Under the pieces are notes generated by a model. It was not told the DNA's origin. It did no database searches and saw nothing but the letters and a program-made list of their open reading frames with translations. From assembly GCA_018814445.1 (NCBI GenBank), contig JAHIZV010000113.1, forward strand, positions 12,679-76,678: 64,000 nucleotides of DNA. Direction: 5' to 3'. Origin of the DNA: Verrucomicrobiota bacterium (GTDB lineage: Bacteria; Verrucomicrobiota; Kiritimatiellia; JAHIZV01). Both the position numbers and the translations under genes were made by a program. Of the stretch, positions 37,853-47,289 are shown piece after piece (position 1 is the first letter of the stretch; each line of letters begins with the position of its first letter).

Positions 37853-38752
37853 ATGCCCAACACACTTGCACATCTGGGAATTCAGGGCCTCGTTACACGG
37901 GGCGTGTGGAGAAGTGCTGACCTCAAGTGGATCTATCTCGGGTGCGTTGTTCCTGATTTGCCATGGATTCTGCAGAGAGTCCTGCGCGCGGCATTGCCCT
38001 ACACTGATCGTTACGATCTTCTGCTTTACGCGGGCGTGCAGGCGTCACTGGCTTTCTGTCTTGTTTTCGCCGCGGCGGTCGCGGTAATCACTGACCGTCC
38101 GAAGCCGACCTTTTTCCTGATCGGGCTCAGCTCGCTCTTCCACCTCCTGCTTGATGCATCGCAGATGAAGTGGGGAAACGGCGTGCACCTCTTCGCCCCC
38201 CTCAACTGGAACTTCTTCACGTTCGGCACGTACTGGCCTGAGAGTCCCGTGAGCCTGGCGTTGACTCTGCTCGGATTCGTATACGTCATCGTTTACTGGA
38301 GGAACGCCGTCTCAACCCCCGTGTGCCTCCGGCTCTGCCCCCCCACACGGCTGGTCTACAGTATGCTCCTGCTCATCGTGTACTTCGCGGTCCCGCCGTT
38401 TCTGGCCAACGGCCCGAGAGAGGCGGACAACTACTACGTCAACACCCTCATGAACGCGGACGCACATGAAGGAAAAGAGATCGCCTTCGATCGCGCCGTC
38501 CTGCTCAAGAAAGGGGACGAACTCTATGCCCGCAATTTCGCGGATGAGGAGTTCAAGTTAACCGGCGTGGAAACAGATCAGACCAGTGGCCTGATGACGC
38601 TGAAAGGACATTTTACAGCGCGTAGAACGATCGCCGTCAGTGCGTTCCACATCCACCCGAAAGGCCCGCGCGACTATGCCTCCGTAATCGGCCTCTTTCT
38701 TGTGGGCATGATCTGGGTCTTCGCTTTGCCTCAAGTCCAACGCTGCCGTTGA
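37853..38752 (+). CDS. YdjM/DUF4184-like membrane metal-dependent hydrolase with extra periplasmic domain
   Basis: MPNTLAH, G...PDLPW, FHLLLD, G.G..LF.P; multiple TMs; start ATG 37853. Confidence 0.7.
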   Translation: MPNTLAHLGIQGLVTRGVWRSADLKWIYLGCVVPDLPWILQRVLRAALPYTDRYDLLLYAGVQASLAFCLVFAAAVAVITDRPKPTFFLIGLSSLFHLLLDASQMKWGNGVHLFAPLNWNFFTFGTYWPESPVSLALTLLGFVYVIVYWRNAVSTPVCLRLCPPTRLVYSMLLLIVYFAVPPFLANGPREADNYYVNTLMNADAHEGKEIAFDRAVLLKKGDELYARNFADEEFKLTGVETDQTSGLMTLKGHFTARRTIAVSAFHIHPKGPRDYASVIGLFLVGMIWVFALPQVQRCR

Positions 38753-38778
38753 GGGCGGGTTCATTTCGCGGGCGATGC

Positions 38779-39156
38779 TTACCGCAGCGACAGCGGGACA
38801 TGCTTCGCGAGCGACCGGAAGTGCTTGTCGTACGTGAACAACTCCAACCCGTTCTGAATCGCGTGCTGCGATATGATCAGATCGGGAATGCCCACCTTGT
38901 TGATCCCGTTGCGAAGACAGGTAATCTGCATCTGAACGATGTCCTCCCAGTCTATTGAGACCGGATGCCGGGCAATGTCCTTCAGAAGGCCTATCAACTT
39001 CCGCTCTCGCCGGACATGAAGCGCGGGAATCAATTCCGCCAGAATGAGATCGTTGACCTCCACCAGGTTCTCATCGATCAGAAACTCCAGTTCTTCCTGA
39101 TCTCCAGAACCACGGAAATAGTCGATCCATACCGGACTGTCGACCAACACGCTCAT
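38779..39156 (-). CDS. vapC: VapC PIN-domain toxin
   Basis: VLVDSPVWIDYFR, ILAEL, GIPDLII...A, T.DKHF. Confidence 0.92.
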   Translation of the reverse strand: MSVLVDSPVWIDYFRGSGDQEELEFLIDENLVEVNDLILAELIPALHVRRERKLIGLLKDIARHPVSIDWEDIVQMQITCLRNGINKVGIPDLIISQHAIQNGLELFTYDKHFRSLAKHVPLSLR

Positions 39157-39347
39157 CGTCGTTTCCGCAGGGAGTCCAGATCAAGATCCAGATCTACCTT
39201 GCCCCGGTATTTCCTGAGCCCCTGGATTCGGTTCTTCCGAACATAGTCTTCAAGCGCCGCGATGATCACAGCCGTCTTGGTGTGCTGGTGTGAAATCCTC
39301 ATCGCTTCGTCAATCAGAGGTTCGGGAAGATCAAGAGTTGTTCTCAT
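39153..39347 (-). CDS. vapB: VapB antitoxin (MRTTL.L...L..EA type)
   Basis: MRTTLDLPEPLIDEAM.....TKT.VI..AL...VR; overlaps the vapC start by 4 nt. Confidence 0.88.
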   Translation of the reverse strand: MRTTLDLPEPLIDEAMRISHQHTKTAVIIAALEDYVRKNRIQGLRKYRGKVDLDLDLDSLRKRR

Positions 39348-39357
39348 GGTTACCTCA

Positions 39358-39396
39358 ATGCATATATACTTCTGATATCATGCATATAAGATATGC
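39358..39396. promoter_or_regulatory. Operator candidate upstream of the second vapB
   Basis: Direct repeat ATGCATATA at 39358 and 39380 (22-nt spacing) and palindrome GCATAT-AAG-ATATGC at 39382-39396. Confidence 0.45.
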
Positions 39397-39467
39397 TGTC
39401 AGATGAGTTTTGTACACGTCCTTTTCGTACTCTATCGGGTCTTCCTCTTGAGGCGGGCACGGGCAGA

Positions 39468-40925
39468 TCAGGCTTCCGGCTTTTTTGCTATCGCGACAAC
39501 GGAGAGGCCCTTCCACGGGAGGATGGGGTCGATGACGCGCAGCAGCCAGACGAGGTAATCGAAGATTTTCAACTGAAGCTTTCCAAGGTACTTCCTCTTC
39601 ATGATCTTCCCGTTAAGCCACCACGCGGGCACCGCCGCGCTGTTTAACGTGAAAACCTTCTCGACCTCGAAACCGGCGCTTTCCAGCTTATCCCGAAGGT
39701 CCTTCTCGGTGTACCGGCGACGATGTTCAAGGACCTCGTCCAGCGTCCCGAAAAGATCCGGATTGTTCGGCGTCAGGATGCACGCCCGCCCACCCGGCTT
39801 TAGCGCGGTCAGTATGTTCTTCATAGCGGACACATCATCCTCGACGTGTTCGATGACGTTCAGGCAGATGACCGTGTCGAACTTCCGCGCATGTGGTTCG
39901 ATTTCCTCTGCTTTTTCGATATCGATCCGGGCCACGTTCACGCGTGAGTTGCCTTCGTACAGGTTCTCCAGGTAGTGCAGATGCAGAGGATCCAGATCGG
40001 ATGCTACATAGCTCTTCCGCGGAAGGAACTGCCGCGTGAGGTTACCCATTCCGGCGCCGATCTCGAGAACCTCGTCTCCCACCCACGGACGGATTGTCTC
40101 GGCCATCCAACTGTTGAAACGATGGGTCCTTGAAAGGCTGTGCAGGATGCCATGTCCATACTGGTCCGTATACAGGTCATCGACGAGGCGGTAGTAAATG
40201 ATGACGAAAAGCGCCTTCACACCGTCCCACCACGTGATCTTCTTCCCTTCGGCATATGTACGCCCGTGATACGAGATCGGCACTTCGTAGATTCGGCAGC
40301 CCCGCTTGGCCAGTTTCGCGGTCAGCTCGGGCTCCATGCCGAACCGATCTGACCGGATCGGAATAGACCTGAGAATATCGCCCCTCACCATCTTATAGCA
40401 GGTCTCCATGTCCGTCAGATTCAGGTCCGTGAACATGTTCGAGAGCATCGTCAGGAAGCGATTGCCCATACTGTGCCAGAAATAGAGCACACGCCTGTAG
40501 GTACTCGGAAGGAAACGCGAGCCGTAGACAACATCCGCGACACCTTTGAGAATCGGCTTGAGCAGGGTGTTGTAGTCCTCCGGGTCATACTCCAGGTCGG
40601 CATCCTGAATCACCACAATATCGCCGGTCGATTTCTCGATGGCCGTGCGGATTGCGGCGCCCTTGCCTTGATTCAATTCGTGATGGAAGACCTGCAGATT
40701 GCCGTACTGCTCTGCAAGCTGTTTGAGACTGTTCAGTGTGTCGTCTTTCGAGCAGTCGTCAACCGCGATGATCTCTTTCTCGATCCCGTCGGGAAGCCGG
40801 ACGGCCTGGACTTTGGCCATCACGTCCTGAACGGTGAAAGCCTCATTGTAGACTGGTATCAGGATGCTTAGTTTCAAACGACCTCTCCCCGTCTGTGATA
40901 CTGTTCCGCACTTAACATCGGTCAC
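39468..40925 (-). CDS. GT2 (DPM1/GtrB/ArnC-like polyprenyl-phosphate sugar synthase) fused to a class I SAM methyltransferase
   Basis: LSILIPVYNE, DDCSKD, NQGKGAA, QDADLEYDP, VYGSRF, DMETCYK; C-terminal LEIGAGMG, FDTVICLNVIEH. Confidence 0.9.
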   Translation of the reverse strand: MTDVKCGTVSQTGRGRLKLSILIPVYNEAFTVQDVMAKVQAVRLPDGIEKEIIAVDDCSKDDTLNSLKQLAEQYGNLQVFHHELNQGKGAAIRTAIEKSTGDIVVIQDADLEYDPEDYNTLLKPILKGVADVVYGSRFLPSTYRRVLYFWHSMGNRFLTMLSNMFTDLNLTDMETCYKMVRGDILRSIPIRSDRFGMEPELTAKLAKRGCRIYEVPISYHGRTYAEGKKITWWDGVKALFVIIYYRLVDDLYTDQYGHGILHSLSRTHRFNSWMAETIRPWVGDEVLEIGAGMGNLTRQFLPRKSYVASDLDPLHLHYLENLYEGNSRVNVARIDIEKAEEIEPHARKFDTVICLNVIEHVEDDVSAMKNILTALKPGGRACILTPNNPDLFGTLDEVLEHRRRYTEKDLRDKLESAGFEVEKVFTLNSAAVPAWWLNGKIMKRKYLGKLQLKIFDYLVWLLRVIDPILPWKGLSVVAIAKKPEA

Positions 40926-40978
40926 GAACTACCGCGTCTCGCACTGAAATGCAAGCGTCCTTGCAACGGCCCGACCCG

Positions 40979-41560
40979 TCACTCTTTCGTTTTCGGGCGC
41001 AGGAGAAGGCGGTCGACGGCAAGAGCCACGTATCTCTTGTCACGGGTCCGCGGCATGACCCGGTAGCCCACGCGCATGAGAAGCGTATTCCGGCCCGCGT
41101 GCAGCGTTTCCGCGGGCAAGATCCCCTCGCAGGTCTGGAAGTTCGACGTAACCGCAAATACCCAGTTGGTTATGTAGTTGCCGTTGGCATACAGCCCCAT
41201 GTTCTGCCTCCGCCCCTCCGCAAACATCGGCATGGCATCAATCCAGATGGTCGTATCGACCGGCTTTTCCACCTCAAAATACAGCTCCGCCTCCAGGTGC
41301 TCGATCCAGCGAAATGTCCTTTGAAGAAATCTCTCGTATTCATCATGCCCCCAGCCGAATCCGTACAGCCCCCCCGGATCCCGATATCCGAGCAGAATGA
41401 ACTGGTCGCCGGGAAGCGTGTCGGGGAACGTTGGACCCGCCTTACTCTCTGCAAGCCCGGACCGCCGAACTGCGAGAACGCAGAACACCGCGCACGCAAG
41501 CACAAGAGCCCGCTTTGCCATGATTGATTTCACGATCTTCATCAGATAGGGTGTTGTCAT
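40979..41560 (-). CDS. Exported jelly-roll-like hypothetical protein
   Basis: Hydrophobic N-terminus; GW..E....RW...A.L.F...P....Q...Y.NG....G.N.L pattern seen in periplasmic modules of GT-C proteins. Confidence 0.55.
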   Translation of the reverse strand: MTTPYLMKIVKSIMAKRALVLACAVFCVLAVRRSGLAESKAGPTFPDTLPGDQFILLGYRDPGGLYGFGWGHDEYERFLQRTFRWIEHLEAELYFEVEKPVDTTIWIDAMPMFAEGRRQNMGLYANGNYITNWVFAVTSNFQTCEGILPAETLHAGRNTLLMRVGYRVMPRTRDKRYVALAVDRLLLRPKTKE

Positions 41561-41611
41561 TGTTTCTTCTCAAGAAGGAAAATACAAGCACTACGACAGG
41601 AAGCGAAGCCC

Positions 41612-43480
41612 ATGTGCGGAATATGCGGATTCAATCGCCGGGATGAGGAACTGATCACCCGAATGACTGACGTCATGGCCCACAGGGGCCCGGATCAGTC
41701 AGGCCGATTTCTTTCCGACGCATGGTCCCTCGGCCACCGCCGCCTGAGCATCATCGACCTGTCCGAGCAGGGCCGTCAGCCCATGACCAACGAGGACGGC
41801 ACCATCCAGGTCGTTTTCAACGGTGAGATATACAATCACCTGGAAGTCCGGCGGGAGCTGGAAAGCAGGGGTCATATCTTCCGCGGCCATTCGGACACGG
41901 AGATCATTCCGCACGCCTACGAAGAGTATGGCGTGGACTGCGTCAATCACTTCCAGGGCATGTTCGGGATTGCCATCTATGACATTCCGAATGAGACCGT
42001 CATGCTGGCGCGCGACCGAATCGGGATCAAACCTCTTTATTACTACAATTACGACGGGAAGTTCGTCTTCGCATCTGAGATCAAAGCGATCATCGAAGAC
42101 CGCACGATTCCGCGCGAGGTCAACCTGGAGGCGGTCTATTCCTATCTCGGATTCGAATTTGTCCCGGCCCCGAACACGATGTTCAGAAACATCCACAAAC
42201 TCCCTGCCGGACACTGCTTAATCTGGGAAAAGGGCCGCGCGGAAATCCGCTCCTACTGGGATCTGACGTTTCCCGCGGAACCCACACTGACCGACGAGCA
42301 GGAGATCGTCGGGCGCATGCGGGAGTTGATCGAGGACGCGGTTCGCTCGCGCCTGATGAGTGACGTGCCCCTCGGCGCGTTCCTGTCGGGGGGACTCGAC
42401 TCAAGCGCGATCGTGGCGATGATGCGCAAACATATACCGGGCCGCCTGCGCACGTTTACTATCGGCTATGAAGACAAGACGTTCAGCGAACTCGACTACG
42501 CCAGGATCGTTGCCGACGAGTTTGGGACCGATCACCAGGTTCTGATGATTGAAGGCATGTCGCCGGAAAGGATCGAGAGGTCCTTATGGCATTTTGACGA
42601 GCCGATGACCGACCTTTCTTCGATCCCGCTGATGCTGGTGTGCGAGCAGGCAAAGAAGCACATTACGGTGTGCCTCAGCGGCGAGGGCGGCGACGAAGTG
42701 TTCGCCGGTTATGACCGCTTCAAGGCGAGCCGGATCAACAGCTACTACAGTGTCATCCCCGCCGCTCTCCGCGAAGGAATCATCGCTCCGATGATCGGGC
42801 GTCTCGCCGACCGCCCCCAGAAAAAGGGCGCCGTCAACATGCTCAAAAGGTTTATCGAAGGTTCCGTCCTGCCGGAGGAAGGACGGCATCTCCGCTGGCA
42901 GTACTTCTCGAATGCCGCGCAGGATGCGGCGCTTTTCAGTGACAGCTTCTGTCGCGAAGTCAGGCTGGATCCCTTTGACGTGCCCTCGGCCTATAACAAA
43001 CGCTGCACCGCCCGTGACCGGGTGAACCGCGAAATCTATCTCGATATGCGATTCATGATGGCGGACAGCGTTTTGATGAAAGTCGACAAAATGAGCATGG
43101 CCAACTCCCTGGAAATCCGGGTTCCCCTGCTCGATCACCGGCTCGTTGAATTCATGGCCGGCGTACACGGCAACCTGAAACTGAAGGGCCTCGAAACAAA
43201 GCATATCTTCCGGAAAGCGCTCGAAGGCATCCTTCCCGACAAGATCGTTTACCGCGGAAAACAGGGCTACAGCCTCCCTGTGAAGAATTTCCTGCGTGAC
43301 CAACTTAAGGATTACATGTTGGAATTACTTAATGAGTCACCGCTGATCCGGGAAACGGCAAACCGCGCCTATCTGGACCGGGTGATCGAGGAACATATGA
43401 CGTTTAAACACAACCACAATCACCTGCTGTGGGGGTTGATGCATATTGCAATCTGGCATAACCGGTTCTTTCGATCATGA
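41612..43480 (+). CDS. asnB: Asparagine synthase (glutamine-hydrolysing)-family amidotransferase, glycan-locus type
   Basis: N-terminal MCGI (catalytic Cys), HRGPD, GHRRLSIIDL, NGEIYN, ARDRIGIKPLYY, LSGGLDSS, SGEGGDE, KVDKMSMA.SLE.R.P.LD. Confidence 0.93.
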   Translation: MCGICGFNRRDEELITRMTDVMAHRGPDQSGRFLSDAWSLGHRRLSIIDLSEQGRQPMTNEDGTIQVVFNGEIYNHLEVRRELESRGHIFRGHSDTEIIPHAYEEYGVDCVNHFQGMFGIAIYDIPNETVMLARDRIGIKPLYYYNYDGKFVFASEIKAIIEDRTIPREVNLEAVYSYLGFEFVPAPNTMFRNIHKLPAGHCLIWEKGRAEIRSYWDLTFPAEPTLTDEQEIVGRMRELIEDAVRSRLMSDVPLGAFLSGGLDSSAIVAMMRKHIPGRLRTFTIGYEDKTFSELDYARIVADEFGTDHQVLMIEGMSPERIERSLWHFDEPMTDLSSIPLMLVCEQAKKHITVCLSGEGGDEVFAGYDRFKASRINSYYSVIPAALREGIIAPMIGRLADRPQKKGAVNMLKRFIEGSVLPEEGRHLRWQYFSNAAQDAALFSDSFCREVRLDPFDVPSAYNKRCTARDRVNREIYLDMRFMMADSVLMKVDKMSMANSLEIRVPLLDHRLVEFMAGVHGNLKLKGLETKHIFRKALEGILPDKIVYRGKQGYSLPVKNFLRDQLKDYMLELLNESPLIRETANRAYLDRVIEEHMTFKHNHNHLLWGLMHIAIWHNRFFRS

Positions 43481-44217
43481 ACGAAGACAGCATGTACAAG
43501 ATGAAGCAGGTGCGGGACTCGGGTCGCGGCTCATTCGCCCGCTATCGGAAACTGACCTATGGCGACCTCTCTCTCGGCAAGGTGATCTGGGCCGAACTGC
43601 TTGTAACGATGATCGGCGGCCTTCCCGGGGCGGCGGGGCTCTTCCTGCGCAGCCGCCTGTATAGAACCTTCTTCGGCGCAATCGGGAACAACGTGATCTT
43701 CGGGCGGAACATCGTCTTCCGCCATCCGGAAAAGATCCGTCTCGGAGATAACGTGATCCTCGACGACAACTGCGTGATCGATGCGAAGGGGGAAAGCAGC
43801 AAAGGCATCGCGATCGGCAACGGGGTCTATATCGGGCGCAATACGATCGTCTACTGCAAGAACGGCGATATAGAAATCGGCGACTCCGTGAACATCTCAT
43901 CGAATTGCCAGATATTCTCCTCCAACAGTCTTCGCATCGGAAAGGACACGGTGATCGGCGCCTACAGCTACTTCCTCAGCGGGGGGGAGTACAACTACAA
44001 GGACGAGACGCCCTTCGCTCAGCAGAGCGGCATGGGAACCCGCGGGCCGCTGACCATAGGGACCGACTGCTGGATTGGCGCGCGTGTCACGATTCTCGAC
44101 GCGGCAGACGTAGGCGACCGGTGTGTGATCGGTGCAGGCGCCGTGGTGAACAGACCTCTTCCGAGTCACTCCGTGGCGGCTGGAGTTCCCGCGCGCGTCA
44201 TCAAGACCGAGCTCTGA
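43477..44217 (+). CDS. Hexapeptide-repeat (left-handed beta-helix) sugar O-acyltransferase
   Basis: Repeated I.IG..V.IG hexapeptides; IG..CWIGA.V.I, IGAGAVV...LP...VAAGVPAR. Confidence 0.88.
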   Translation: MNEDSMYKMKQVRDSGRGSFARYRKLTYGDLSLGKVIWAELLVTMIGGLPGAAGLFLRSRLYRTFFGAIGNNVIFGRNIVFRHPEKIRLGDNVILDDNCVIDAKGESSKGIAIGNGVYIGRNTIVYCKNGDIEIGDSVNISSNCQIFSSNSLRIGKDTVIGAYSYFLSGGEYNYKDETPFAQQSGMGTRGPLTIGTDCWIGARVTILDAADVGDRCVIGAGAVVNRPLPSHSVAAGVPARVIKTEL

Positions 44218-44962
44218 ACCATCGCTTCAGCACCTGAGCGGGACAACACCGATTGCCCAGCAACCGGCGTTCGACCGCCCTGTCGCGCAGAAAACTCCTG
44301 AGTGAAGACTCAGGATCGTCGGTCTTGAAGTCCACATCTGCGGCGACCGCGTATCGGCCCGCCATTTTCTCCTCGCCGGAAACGGGCAACGGATCTGTAC
44401 CCGCAACGATCTGGAATCCCCGCCTGCGCGCAGTTCCAAACAGCGACGGCTCCGGGAGGAAACGCGGGCGCATCGTAGTGTCGCCAATGAGAAACTCCTC
44501 CGGAGAGCGCACTTCAATGAGTCCGGCGACTATGGCGCGCCTGCGTCCCGTCCATTTTCCCAAAGCCCATGTCAGAACAGGCACCGCACCGGATGCGACC
44601 GCGGCATCGAGAACTTCAGCGACAGGGAGACCATCCGCGATCGTGTTTGCCGTACACAGACAGAGCACCTCGAGGCGCTCCAGCGTCGCGACCTGTCTGC
44701 CCGCAACGACCCAGACCGGCCCCCCTTCGATATCGACGCGCAGGCAAAGTGGACTCGCGGTTTCCTTAACGGACAACCCCGCTTTTCCGAATTTGCCCTT
44801 CCGAAGAGAGGAGAAAAAATCACAGTCGGCACGCTCGGCCAGAAACAGGACCTTGTCAGCGGCCGGCCCGGCCAGGCGGTTCAGATTTCCGACGGCCGAG
44901 GTAAAGAAGGTCGCGGCATCATAGCCGTCATAGAAATGCACATGTGTGTCGGCAATAATCAT
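44201..44962 (-). CDS. PHP-like metal-dependent hydrolase fold protein
   Basis: N-terminal D-T-H-V-H, later AGRQ..T.E..EVL, GTD.LP; convergent with the acyltransferase. Confidence 0.55.
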   Translation of the reverse strand: MIIADTHVHFYDGYDAATFFTSAVGNLNRLAGPAADKVLFLAERADCDFFSSLRKGKFGKAGLSVKETASPLCLRVDIEGGPVWVVAGRQVATLERLEVLCLCTANTIADGLPVAEVLDAAVASGAVPVLTWALGKWTGRRRAIVAGLIEVRSPEEFLIGDTTMRPRFLPEPSLFGTARRRGFQIVAGTDPLPVSGEEKMAGRYAVAADVDFKTDDPESSLRSFLRDRAVERRLLGNRCCPAQVLKRWFRARS

Positions 44963-45046
44963 GCGCCCTTCTTAGCATATTCGTAAGCGGACCTTAATCG
45001 TAATCGTCACTTGAATCCGAACGCCCGTAATGGAAGGATTCAGCAC

Positions 45047-46624
45047 ATGGAACTTCAGGACCAGCCATTGTCCTTTTCCGAGACCGCCGACATCGAAACG
45101 TCATCGGCCGGCTACGCGGCCCGATTCGCCGGACCTGTCGGACGCTGGATGCTGGACAAACAGCTCGCCGCCGTCCGCGATCTTCTGGTCGAGAAGCCAT
45201 ACGCGACCATTCTCGACGTGGGCGGCGGACACGGACAACTCGCGCCGCCTTTGGCCGAAGCGGGCTATGACGTCACCGTCCTGGGAAGTGCCGACGTGTG
45301 CGCGGATCCTGTCCGTGAAGGATTGGAAAAGGGCATACTCCGCTTTGAAACCGGCAATGTCATCGATCTTCCTTTTCCCGATGATTCCTTCGATGTGGTG
45401 CTTTGTTTTCGGCTGGTGACGCATTGCCAAGCATGGCAGACACTGATTTCCGAGCTCTGCCGCGTCGCGCGCAAGGCTGTCATCATCGACTATCCCACGA
45501 ATGCCAGCGTGAATGCCATCGCCCCGGCGCTGTTCGGCGCCAAGAAAAAACTCGAAGGCAACACCCGCGTCTGGAGACTCTTCAGCCGCTCCGAGCTCAA
45601 GACCGTTTTCGGCGGTGCAGGATTCGAAGCGGCGGGATCCAGAAAGCAGTTCTTCTTCCCGATGGTTCTGCACCGGATGATGAAACAGCCATGGCTCTCC
45701 GGGATACTTGAAGGAGTCGCCCGTTTGTGCGGATTGACATCCGTACTGGGATCGCCGGTCGTCGCCCGCTATGAACCGATGAGACAAGACGTGACAGATA
45801 AACTCGATCCCCGCTCACTCAGCGGCATGCGTGTCGCCGTTACTATCCCCCATATTGACGACGGCGTTCTCGGTTGCGGCGGGCTTATCCTTCAGATACC
45901 GGACAAGTCCAACATCCACTTCATTTATGCCTGCGACGGCAAGGCTCTCCCCGCAGGCTCACAAAGTCCTCCGCACGTCGATCTCGGCGCCCTGCGCCGC
46001 GAGGAAGCACTGGCCGCTACGGAAGTACTCGGCATCCCGCGGGAGAACGTCCATTTCCTCGATTATCCGGACTGGCATCTCAAGAAGCATGCGTCCGATC
46101 TGGACTCGGCGCTGAATCTGCTTTTCGATGACATTCAGCCGACACACGTTTTCACACCGTTCCGATATGATCGACATCCCGACCACATTACATTAAGTGC
46201 GCACGTTCGCCGGAAGACGATTGAACGGAAACAATCAATTCGGTTGTTTGAGTACTTCATCTACTATCACTGGAAACTTCTGCCGATGGGAGATATCCGT
46301 AAGTACATTCGCAGCCACCTGCTGATTGCGGCGGAGATTGACCGAGTGTCCGCTGATAAACGCCACGCCTTGAGCAAGTTCGTCAGCCAGGTGACCGTGT
46401 ACTATGAACAGCAGCACAAGCCCGTCCTCGGCGAGGATCTATTGGATGAGTTCTCAAGAGGACCGGAGCTGTTCCTGCGCCCCGCGGGACCGATAAGCGA
46501 CAGAAATATCTTCACGATCGCGCCCTGCCGCGTTCGCCTTGTCCACGCGCTCGAACCTCGCCTCAAGAACTTCAAGGAACAAGTCCTCTCCCTGTTGCAG
46601 CGCCTCAAGAACCGGATACAGTAG
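45047..46624 (+). CDS. Class I SAM methyltransferase fused in frame to a PIG-L/LmbE-family de-N-acetylase
   Basis: ILDVGGGHG, LPFPDDSFDVV (methyltransferase); PHIDD..LGCGG, R..EA..A...LG, D.HPDH (PIG-L Zn ligands); RBS GAAGGA before ATG 45047. Confidence 0.85.
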   Translation: MELQDQPLSFSETADIETSSAGYAARFAGPVGRWMLDKQLAAVRDLLVEKPYATILDVGGGHGQLAPPLAEAGYDVTVLGSADVCADPVREGLEKGILRFETGNVIDLPFPDDSFDVVLCFRLVTHCQAWQTLISELCRVARKAVIIDYPTNASVNAIAPALFGAKKKLEGNTRVWRLFSRSELKTVFGGAGFEAAGSRKQFFFPMVLHRMMKQPWLSGILEGVARLCGLTSVLGSPVVARYEPMRQDVTDKLDPRSLSGMRVAVTIPHIDDGVLGCGGLILQIPDKSNIHFIYACDGKALPAGSQSPPHVDLGALRREEALAATEVLGIPRENVHFLDYPDWHLKKHASDLDSALNLLFDDIQPTHVFTPFRYDRHPDHITLSAHVRRKTIERKQSIRLFEYFIYYHWKLLPMGDIRKYIRSHLLIAAEIDRVSADKRHALSKFVSQVTVYYEQQHKPVLGEDLLDEFSRGPELFLRPAGPISDRNIFTIAPCRVRLVHALEPRLKNFKEQVLSLLQRLKNRIQ

Positions 46625-46627
46625 AGC

Positions 46628-47170
46628 ATGCCCTCACCGATCGCACATGTGTCCGTTGGTCTGGCCGTCTTTCTTCTTCTGAAGGAACAGGCAGGATCTC
46701 TGATACGACACCGCTGGGCGAAATGGATATTGGCCCTCGGTCTGATGGCTTTCTCTCTCCTGCCTGATCTCGATTCGGTCCTCGGCTTTGCCACCGGCGA
46801 TCTCGGGAAATACCACAACAACCTGACGCACAGCATATTCATCGGACTGGCCGCAGCCGCGGTGCTTGGGGCGCTCCTGAGTCTGACAAACCGCGGCGCG
46901 CTTCTGAAATGGTTTCTGCTCATTCTCCTCTGCTACGAACTGCACGTCCTCATGGACTACTTCACCTACGGCCGCGGCATCATGGCATTCTGGCCGTTTA
47001 CGTCCGAACGTTTCAGGTCTCCGGTCCTGCTCTTCTACGGCCTCCACTGGTCCGACGGACTCCTGACTCACAAACATCTGTTGACGCTGTTGAACGAAAT
47101 CGTCTTTGCGGCTCTCTTGTTTGGCGGCTTCTGGCTGCGCGAACGAAGGACAAGCGGCTGGCGGACATAG
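46628..47170 (+). CDS. YdjM-family membrane metal-dependent hydrolase
   Basis: MPSPIAH, LLPDLD, H...THSI, H.L.D.FT..G....WPF. Confidence 0.82.
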   Translation: MPSPIAHVSVGLAVFLLLKEQAGSLIRHRWAKWILALGLMAFSLLPDLDSVLGFATGDLGKYHNNLTHSIFIGLAAAAVLGALLSLTNRGALLKWFLLILLCYELHVLMDYFTYGRGIMAFWPFTSERFRSPVLLFYGLHWSDGLLTHKHLLTLLNEIVFAALLFGGFWLRERRTSGWRT

Positions 47171-47241
47171 CCTCACGGCGGGACATCCCCCGGGAAGCAG
47201 ACCTCCCGGAGCTGAGTTGATGAAGCCCGGACACTGGACTC

Positions 47242-47289
47242 TATTTGTCACATTCAGGTGTGCGATCGCACACCTGAATGTGACAAATA
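47242..47289. repeat. Loopless perfect 48-bp palindrome
   Basis: TATTTGTCACATTCAGGTGTGCGA|TCGCACACCTGAATGTGACAAATA; the arms are exact reverse complements. Confidence 0.95.

Noticed and set aside
47242-47289. Confident call as a protelomerase (telRL-like) site
   Set aside because: No resolvase or phage genes in the window and no similarity to N15 telRL; retained only as an alternative
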